Below are positions 57,665 through 64,000 of a DNA stretch of 64,000 nucleotides, in pieces. The stretch lies in contig CAWFFN010000005.1 of assembly GCA_963815115.1 (NCBI GenBank), positions 672,001-736,000 of the forward strand. The letters run 5' to 3'. Source of the stretch: an uncultured delta proteobacterium. Lineage in GTDB: Bacteria; Desulfobacterota; Binatia; DP-6. Below the pieces are notes generated by a model that worked only from the letters and a program-made list of their open reading frames with translations, was not told where the DNA came from and searched no databases. The position numbers were made by a program, and so were the translations under genes. Every line of letters begins with the position of its first letter. Positions within the stretch are counted from its first letter, which is position 1.

Positions 57665-58769
57665 AGTCGACCACCGCGGCCCACAGGGCCTCGAAGCGTG
57701 CCGTCGTGCAGCCCGAGCCGGTGGTGATCCAGTCGATGTGCGGCGGATCGTGCGCCGCATCGCCGAAGTGCCCGACCACGTCGAGGTGATCGGCCTGCAC
57801 CGCGGCGATCACCTCGCCCCACGGCTGCGAGCGCGTCGGCACCATGCCGTCGTTGGCGGCCGCGTCGGGGAGCGTGCCGAACGCGGTGCGCAGGACGTCG
57901 GCCTGCGCGTCATCCAGGGGCGGCATCCGGTCCGGCGCGAGGCGCACGAGCCGGTGGAGGGCCGCGTACACCGCGAGGGTCGCCTGCGCAGCGGGGTCGA
58001 GTCCGACCGCCAGGGTCGATGCGATGCCGGGCGGGTGCCCGAGGGTCACCACCGACCCCGCGCGCACACCCGCTCGCAAGTGCGTGCAGGCGTTGAAGAC
58101 CTCCATGGCTTCCGGGGTGAGCTGGACGAGCAGGGACTGGTCGCCCCCGACCTCGCTGAAGAAGGCCGCCAGGGCGCGGCGGCGCTCGGGTGAGAAGTCG
58201 GCCAGGAGCTGGGCGAAGATCTCGTCGAGGAGCGCGCTGTTCAACCCGAACAGGCCATCCATGCGCGCGACGACGGCCCCGAGCTGGACGAGGGCCGAGA
58301 GCGGGAGATGGCCGAACCGGAGCACGGAGATGGTGGCGAGCGACAGCACCTGCAGCAGCTTCTGCCCGAGCACGCTGGTGAAGAAGGCCGCCAGGGGCGT
58401 GCCGTGGTGGGGGGTGGCGATGGTGACGGCGGTGCGCACCTGCGCGGCGTAGCGCTCGACGTCGAGGTCGGTCGGCAGCGTCACCCCCGGGGTGAGCAGC
58501 AGCCGGACATCCAGGCCGCCGCTCGAGTGGCCGATCAAGTGCACCGGGCCCTCGTCGTCCTGGAGCGTCTCCGCCATCGCCGACAGAACGCGCTCGGCCC
58601 GGCGCGTCAGCGAAGCGGTGGGGCGGGTCCTGACCACCTCGACGTGCACGCCGAGGCCGCGGCGAGCGAACGCGCCCACGAGATACTCGCGCACGTGCGC
58701 GAAGTACTTGAGGTCTCCCAGGTTGGCGAAGCCGAAGAAACCCGGCACCAGATACGCGTGATGAACCAC
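57609..58769 (-). CDS. Alpha/beta-hydrolase, lipase family
   Basis: LVPGFFGF oxyanion, GHSSGG nucleophile, TPHHGT, NDGMVP, DHLDVVG. Confidence 0.88.
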   Translation of the reverse strand: MVHHAYLVPGFFGFANLGDLKYFAHVREYLVGAFARRGLGVHVEVVRTRPTASLTRRAERVLSAMAETLQDDEGPVHLIGHSSGGLDVRLLLTPGVTLPTDLDVERYAAQVRTAVTIATPHHGTPLAAFFTSVLGQKLLQVLSLATISVLRFGHLPLSALVQLGAVVARMDGLFGLNSALLDEIFAQLLADFSPERRRALAAFFSEVGGDQSLLVQLTPEAMEVFNACTHLRAGVRAGSVVTLGHPPGIASTLAVGLDPAAQATLAVYAALHRLVRLAPDRMPPLDDAQADVLRTAFGTLPDAAANDGMVPTRSQPWGEVIAAVQADHLDVVGHFGDAAHDPPHIDWITTGSGCTTARFEALWAAVVDFMLGAPASGIPASRSAAS

Positions 58770-58907
58770 GGGTCCCGAGCTAGCACGTCCGCCACGTGCC
58801 GCCGAGCGGACGCCGGGTGCAGTGGACGACGAGTGGTGGGCCGCGGCGGAGATTGCCGCCGGAGGTACCCTTGCCACCTGGTTTCCGGGTATGCTCCTCT
58901 GCCGCGA

Positions 58908-60281
58908 ATGTCCAGGTCCACTCCCACGTCCACTCCAAGGTACGTCGTGGCAGTCATCGGGGGGGCGACCGCCGGCGCCGAGGCCGCGGCCATGCTCGCG
59001 AAGCGCGGCGCGCTGGTGGTCGTCTTCGAGCAGAACGTGCGGCCCTACGGCAAGATCGAGGATGGCCTGCCGCGATGGCACGTGAAGCTGCGGCGCAAGG
59101 AATACGAGACCATCAACAACAAGCTCTCCCGCCCGGGTGTGCACTTCGTGCCCTGCACCAAGATCGGCCGCGACATCGACTTTCCGGCGCTGGTCTCGGA
59201 GTGGGGCTTCAGCGCCGTGCTGCTCGCCCACGGTGCCTGGCGCGATCGCCCGCTGCCCCTGGCCGGTGCGGACGACTACCTGGACAAGGGCCTCGTGTAC
59301 CAGAATTCCTTCATCTACTGGTTCAATCACTACGCAGAGCGCGAGTACGGCGGACCCCAGTACGAGGCCGCCGACGGCGCCCTCGTGGTGGGTGGTGGTC
59401 TGGCGTCGATCGACGTCCTGAAGGTGCTGCAGATCGAGACCGTGCGGGCCGCCCTCGCCGAGCGAGGCATCGACGAGGCAATGCTGCGGATCGAGCAGGA
59501 AGGCGTCCCGGCCGTGCTCGACGAGCATGGCTTCTCCTGGGACGAGCTCGGCCTCCGCGGCGCCACCCTCATCTATCGCCGGCGCGTCGAGGACATGCCG
59601 CTCGCCGACATGCCCGACGACGCGGACGAGGCACGGCGCCACAAGTTCGAGACCACCCGCCGGCGCATCCTCGAGAAGGCGATGCAGAAATACTGCTTCA
59701 ACGTGCGCGCCCAGCGTGTGCCGGTCGGGCTCCTCACCGAGGGCGACCGCCTGGTCGGGCTGCGTCTCCAGCGGACGCGCGTCGAGGGTGGGCGCGCGGT
59801 GCCGGTCGACGGTGCGTTCGAGGACCTCGGCGCCCCGCTGGTGGTGAGCTCCATCGGAAGCGTGCCGGAGCCCATGGAGGGCGTCGAGCAGGACGGCCAC
59901 CTCTACCGCTGGGCCGATCCCGACCTCGGTCGTCTCGGCGGCTACGACTCGGTGTTCAGCACCGGCAACGTGGTGACGGGCAAGGGCAACATCGTCGCGT
60001 CCCGCAAGCACAGCGTGCGGGTCACCACGCACGTGATCGAGCAGTACCTCGGGCTGGGCAACGGCCGTCACGAGGGCGAGGAGGCGCTGCTCGCCGAGAC
60101 CGCCGCCGAGGGAGACGAGGCTGCGGAGGCGCTGATGGCGTCGCTGCGCAGCAGGCCGCCGCTCGAGCCCGCGGCGGTCGAGGCGCTGCTGGCGCGAGTC
60201 CGCGTGCGCAGCGATGCCGTGGGCTACACGTCGTCCTACCGCGAGTGGCTGATGCGCGTGACGCCGAGCGACCTTGCCTGA
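58908..60281 (+). CDS. FAD-dependent oxidoreductase (ferredoxin-NADP reductase/GltD-like)
   Basis: VIGGATAG, YGKIEDGLPRWH, VGGGLASID, YRR, SSIGS, GNVVTG. Confidence 0.85.
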   Translation: MSRSTPTSTPRYVVAVIGGATAGAEAAAMLAKRGALVVVFEQNVRPYGKIEDGLPRWHVKLRRKEYETINNKLSRPGVHFVPCTKIGRDIDFPALVSEWGFSAVLLAHGAWRDRPLPLAGADDYLDKGLVYQNSFIYWFNHYAEREYGGPQYEAADGALVVGGGLASIDVLKVLQIETVRAALAERGIDEAMLRIEQEGVPAVLDEHGFSWDELGLRGATLIYRRRVEDMPLADMPDDADEARRHKFETTRRRILEKAMQKYCFNVRAQRVPVGLLTEGDRLVGLRLQRTRVEGGRAVPVDGAFEDLGAPLVVSSIGSVPEPMEGVEQDGHLYRWADPDLGRLGGYDSVFSTGNVVTGKGNIVASRKHSVRVTTHVIEQYLGLGNGRHEGEEALLAETAAEGDEAAEALMASLRSRPPLEPAAVEALLARVRVRSDAVGYTSSYREWLMRVTPSDLA

Positions 60282-60339
60282 CCGGGTCATGGACGACATG
60301 GTTCGCGTCGTCACCGGCGTGACCGCCTGAGGCCGCGAC

Positions 60340-61002
60340 GTGCCCGTCCGCCGCTTCCCCGATCCGCGCTCCGCCACCCGCGACGGGCTGGTCGCCGTGG
60401 GCGGCGACCTCGAGCCGGCCACCCTGCGCCTGGCCTACGAGCAGGGCATCTTCCCGTGGCCCGTGCAGGGACTGCCGCTGCTCTGGTTCTCCCCGGCGGA
60501 GCGCGGCGTCCTCGAGTTCGCCTCCCTGCGCGTGCCCCGCAGCCTGGCGCGCGCCCGCCGGAAGGATCCCTTTCGCCTGACGGTCGACGCCGATTTTCCC
60601 GGCGTCATCCGTGCCTGCGCCCGCACGCCGCGCCCGGGCCAGGACGGCACGTGGATCACCGACGAGATCGTCGAGGCCTACGTCCGGCTGCACCGGCTCG
60701 GCATCGCCCACAGCGTGGAGGCGTGGGCGGAGGAGCGCCTGGTCGGAGGCATCTACGGCGTGGAGGTGGACGGCGCCTTTGCCGCGGAGAGCATGTTCTA
60801 CCGGGAGGCCAACGCCTCCAAGCTCGCGCTCCTGCACCTCGTCGACCGGCTCGGCGCCCGCGGTCTTGACTGGCTGGACATCCAGGTCCTGACGCCGCAC
60901 ATGGCCCGCCTCGGGGCTCGCGCCATGCCGCGCGATGTCTTCCTCCGCCGGCTCGCCGCCACCCGTGCCCGCGGGCTGCGCCTCTTCGCGCCCGGGCGGT
61001 AG
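60340..61002 (+). CDS. aat: Leucyl/phenylalanyl-tRNA--protein transferase
   Basis: GLVAVGGDL, AYEQGIFPW, TWIT, AHSVEAW, ESMF, ASKLAL, DIQ. Confidence 0.95.
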   Translation: MPVRRFPDPRSATRDGLVAVGGDLEPATLRLAYEQGIFPWPVQGLPLLWFSPAERGVLEFASLRVPRSLARARRKDPFRLTVDADFPGVIRACARTPRPGQDGTWITDEIVEAYVRLHRLGIAHSVEAWAEERLVGGIYGVEVDGAFAAESMFYREANASKLALLHLVDRLGARGLDWLDIQVLTPHMARLGARAMPRDVFLRRLAATRARGLRLFAPGR

Positions 61003-61070
61003 CGGCCCTCGGGGATTCAACAGCGTGTCCACCGTGTTACGGTGACGCGCCGGAGCGAGGAGGCGACGTC

Positions 61071-62789
61071 ATGCCCGAGAACTTCTTTCACCGTGACATG
61101 CAGCTCTTCATCGACCACCGGTTCGACTGGGAGCGCTATCTCCGGCTTCGCCGTGGCACGCCCCTCAACGTGGCCGACGAGGTCGCGACCTACAAGGACG
61201 TCCTCCGCACCACGGGTGAGATCTGCGAGGCGATCGAGGAAGGTGCGCGCGGGCACTGGCACGAGGAGGTGAAGCTCGACCACGGAACGGTCGTCGTGCC
61301 GCCGCACATCGCCGCCGGGTACGAGAAGCTGCGTGGCGCCGGGCTCCTCTGCCTCACCATGGATCCGCAGTACGGCGGCTATGGCCTGCCCGCGCTCGTC
61401 AACACGACCTACCTCGAGATGGTGGCGCGTGCCGACGCGAGCCTGATGACCATCATCGGCCTGCAAGCGGGCGTCGCGCTCGACATCGAGAAGTACGGCA
61501 GCGACGAGCTGAAGAAGCGCTACCTGCCCGGCTTCGTCGCCGGCGAGCTCCAGGGGTCGATGGACCTGACGGAGCCGCAGGCGGGGTCCGATCTCGGCGG
61601 CATCACGACCCGCGTCACGAAGGAAGGCGATCGCTACTTCATCGACGGCGAGAAGATCTACATCACCAATGGCGGCTCGCACATCCATCTCGTTCTTGCC
61701 CGCGATGCCGCGACCTACGACCAGTCGAAGAACACGACCAACGGCCTCAACCTGATGCTCTGTCCCGTCACGCTGCCCGACGGGCGCCGGAACGGGATGC
61801 GCGTGGCGCGGGTCGAGTCGAAGCTCGGCATCCATGGGTCGCCCACCTGCGTCATCGAGTTCGACCACGCCGAGGCCTACCTCCTCGCCACACCGGGGCA
61901 GGGGTTCCGGGCCATGCTCGACCTCATGAACAATGCTCGCCTCGGCGTCGCCGCCCAGGCGATCGGGATCGCGGAGGCCGCCTACGCGGCGGCGCGCGAG
62001 TACGCCGCCCAGCGGGTGCAGTTCGGAGGCCCGATCCTGCAGCAGCCCCTGGTCAAGTCGATGCTCACGCTGATGCGGATCAACATCGAGGCGGCGCGCG
62101 CGCTGCTCTACCGCACCTCGGGGTTGATCGACGTCACCGAGGCGATCCGCACCCACCTCGAGTCGGGCCGCGTCGCGAACGGTCCCGAAGCGATCAAGCT
62201 GCAGGAGGAGCTCGAGCGCAACACGCAGCTGATCCGGTTCTTCACGCCACTGTGCAAGTACTTCGCGACCGAGATCAGCAACCACGTGACCCGTCAGGGC
62301 ATCCAGGTCCACGGCGGGATCGGCTACATGGCCGAGACGCCCGCGGGGCACTACCATTCCGACTCGATCATCACCACCATCTACGAAGGGACCTCGGAGA
62401 TCCAGGCGAGCTTCGCGCTGAAGGAGATGGCGAAGGGCGCGCTCTTCGCGACCCTGGAGACGATCGACGGCGAGCTCGCGGCGGTGAAGGGGCATCCCGA
62501 CCTCGCGCAGCTGGTCAGTGACGGCGTGAAGACGATCCGGGACTCGGTGACGCACCTGATGGGCGATCCGCAGTACGCCCTGCTGAACGCGAAGCGCGTC
62601 GCCGAGATGGTGATCGACGTGGTGGTGAGCGCCGAGCTGCTCTGCCAGGCGGACCTGGCGGAGGGGCGGGCCGAGCTGGCGCGGAGCTTCATCCACCGTC
62701 ACATCCCCCGCGTGCGGGTGAACGCCGAGCGCATCAGCAGCGGCGATGCCTCGCGCATCGCGCGCTACGACAAGATCCTGGGACTCTAG
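61071..62789 (+). CDS. Acyl-CoA dehydrogenase family protein
   Basis: MDLTEPQAGSDL, GEKIYITNG, KLGIHGSPTC, MNNARL, RVQFG, QVHGGIGY, IYEGTSEIQ. Confidence 0.93.
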   Translation: MPENFFHRDMQLFIDHRFDWERYLRLRRGTPLNVADEVATYKDVLRTTGEICEAIEEGARGHWHEEVKLDHGTVVVPPHIAAGYEKLRGAGLLCLTMDPQYGGYGLPALVNTTYLEMVARADASLMTIIGLQAGVALDIEKYGSDELKKRYLPGFVAGELQGSMDLTEPQAGSDLGGITTRVTKEGDRYFIDGEKIYITNGGSHIHLVLARDAATYDQSKNTTNGLNLMLCPVTLPDGRRNGMRVARVESKLGIHGSPTCVIEFDHAEAYLLATPGQGFRAMLDLMNNARLGVAAQAIGIAEAAYAAAREYAAQRVQFGGPILQQPLVKSMLTLMRINIEAARALLYRTSGLIDVTEAIRTHLESGRVANGPEAIKLQEELERNTQLIRFFTPLCKYFATEISNHVTRQGIQVHGGIGYMAETPAGHYHSDSIITTIYEGTSEIQASFALKEMAKGALFATLETIDGELAAVKGHPDLAQLVSDGVKTIRDSVTHLMGDPQYALLNAKRVAEMVIDVVVSAELLCQADLAEGRAELARSFIHRHIPRVRVNAERISSGDASRIARYDKILGL

Positions 62790-62791
62790 TC

Positions 62792-63079
62792 GGTCGACCC
62801 GAGACTGCGTCTCGGGTCGAGAGCGGAGGCGAGGGTGTGGCGTTCGGTGCATCGAGCGAGCGCCGTGCCGCGGCCGGCGAAGCCGGCGCGGCAACACGTG
62901 GCACGCGCGAGGCTCGCGCTCAGTGCGTCCCAGGCCACCTGCGCGCACGGCGCTCGGCGACAGGCATGCGCTCCGAACCGTCTGCCGCGGCGGCTTCGCC
63001 GGCCGCGGCACGGCACCCGCACTGTTCATCTCGTGCCATGCTCGCCCTCCGTCTCGACCCGAGACGAAGTCTCGGGTCG
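62792..63079 (+). repeat. Nested-hairpin repeat, copy C (longest)
   Basis: TCGACCCGAGAC-TGC-GTCTCGGGTCGA and CGACCCGAGAC-GAA-GTCTCGGGTCG ends; inner inverted units at 62865-62893 and 62983-63011. Confidence 0.9.
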
Positions 63080-63583
63080 TTTCAGGTCGCCGAGCACATC
63101 CTTGGCGTGGCTCGCCGGGTTCACGGTGCCGTACACCTGTCGCACCGTGCCGTCCGGACCGACCACGAACGAGACCCGGTGGGCGACGGGCGCTTCGGCG
63201 GTGTCGGCAGCGCCGACCGCCAGGGCGAGCTTGTGGTCCTGATCGGAGAGCAGGCGGAACGGAAACCCCTCCGCCTTCACGAACGCGGCATTGTCGGCAG
63301 GCGCGTCGAACGAGACGCCGAGGATCGTCACCCCCCGCTCCTCGAATGCTCCGGCCTGGTCGCGAAAGCTTCGCCCCTCCGCCGTGCAGCCCGGGGTCAT
63401 CGCCTTCGGAAAGAACCACAGCACGTACGTCTTGCCGGCGAGGTCGTGCGACGACACGCTGGCGCCGGTCTGGTCGGTGAGCGTCCAGGAGGGGAAGGGT
63501 TCACCGGTCTTGAGCAGTGCAGCGGCCAGGACAGCGGGACCGTGGGTCTGAAGCAAGACGAGGATCAGCAGCAGGGTACGCAT
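63026..63583 (-). CDS. bcp: Exported peroxiredoxin, BCP/PrxQ type (reads into repeat C)
   Basis: Signal peptide, FFPKAMTPGCTAE, GVSFD, FPFRLLSD, RVSFVV. Confidence 0.88.
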   Translation of the reverse strand: MRTLLLILVLLQTHGPAVLAAALLKTGEPFPSWTLTDQTGASVSSHDLAGKTYVLWFFPKAMTPGCTAEGRSFRDQAGAFEERGVTILGVSFDAPADNAAFVKAEGFPFRLLSDQDHKLALAVGAADTAEAPVAHRVSFVVGPDGTVRQVYGTVNPASHAKDVLGDLKRPETSSRVETEGEHGTR

Positions 63584-63630
63584 GGCCCGATTGTTACGTT
63601 GCACGGGCCATGGTGAAAAGACCCTGCGGG

Positions 63631-64000
63631 CTACTGACCGGAGAGCAGGCTGCGGGCGATCTGGGAGACCTGGATCTCGTCGGTGCCCCCGTAGATCTGG
63701 AGCACCTTGGCGTCGCGACAGAGCTGCTCGACGCGGAACTCGGCCATGTAGCCGTTGCCGCCGAAGAGCTGCACGGCCTCGAGCGCGACCTCCATCGCCG
63801 CCTGCGCCGCATAGAGCTTGCACGCCGACGCCTCGGCGAAGGTCATCGCCTTGCCGGCCTGTGCCATCTCGATCTGGCGGAAGACGAGATTCTGGAGGTT
63901 CATGCGCGCCACCTCCATCTTCGCCAGCTTGAGCTGGATGAGCTGGAACTCGCCGATCGGCTTGCCGAACTGCACGCGGGTCCGGGCGTAGTCGAGGCTG
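63631..64000 (-). CDS. Acyl-CoA dehydrogenase, C-terminal part (start beyond window)
   Basis: RVQFGKPIGEFQLIQ, QLFGGNGY, RDAKVLQIYGGTDEIQ. Confidence 0.93.
   Translation of the reverse strand, partial: SLDYARTRVQFGKPIGEFQLIQLKLAKMEVARMNLQNLVFRQIEMAQAGKAMTFAEASACKLYAAQAAMEVALEAVQLFGGNGYMAEFRVEQLCRDAKVLQIYGGTDEIQVSQIARSLLSGQ

Noticed and set aside
60289-60330. 13-codon ORF upstream of aat as a leader peptide
   Set aside because: No regulatory codon run or attenuator structure; too short to support.
61016-61040. GTAACA-N15-TGAA on the minus strand as a further ECF16 promoter
   Set aside because: Imperfect -10 and points antisense into aat; likely chance.
53373-63079. Palindromic repeats as a possible CRISPR array
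   Set aside because: Copies are kilobases apart and internally inverted, with no regular repeat-spacer array or cas genes.
63383-63391. Possible Sec in the BCP peroxiredoxin active site
   Set aside because: The codon is TGC (PGCT), an ordinary Cys.

Overview
A high-GC (roughly 70% by eye) bacterial chromosomal window. Gene content suggests an uncultured Binatia/Deltaproteobacteria-like lineage, which is inference only. Bases 1-15150 hold the 3' part of a Wzx/Wzy surface-polysaccharide locus with wecB, a D-glucuronyl C5-epimerase homolog, three GT4s, pglC/D/E/F-like genes, a methyltransferase and an unknown secreted protein. Bases 15258-17937 are two near-identical glsB/yeaQ genes bracketing two type II TA modules and gene scars. 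The remainder is mostly housekeeping: ilvA, mscS, sucAB-lpdA, FKBP, ettA, Pat, dusB, queC-like, two ECF sigmas with NrsF, miaE, ilvB, SRAP, aat and acyl-CoA dehydrogenases. Main features missed by the ORF track: (1) a three-copy nested-hairpin repeat family with GNA-triloop terminal hairpins and inverted GCGAAGC-type REP-like units; (2) a UGA-recoded selenoprotein (W-U-G-C plus SECIS-like hairpin); (3) a vapC apparently lost by microhomology deletion; (4) a putative ECF16/NrsF-to-second-ECF promoter cascade; (5) a +1 frameshift in sucB. No rRNA, tRNA or CRISPR array was seen.
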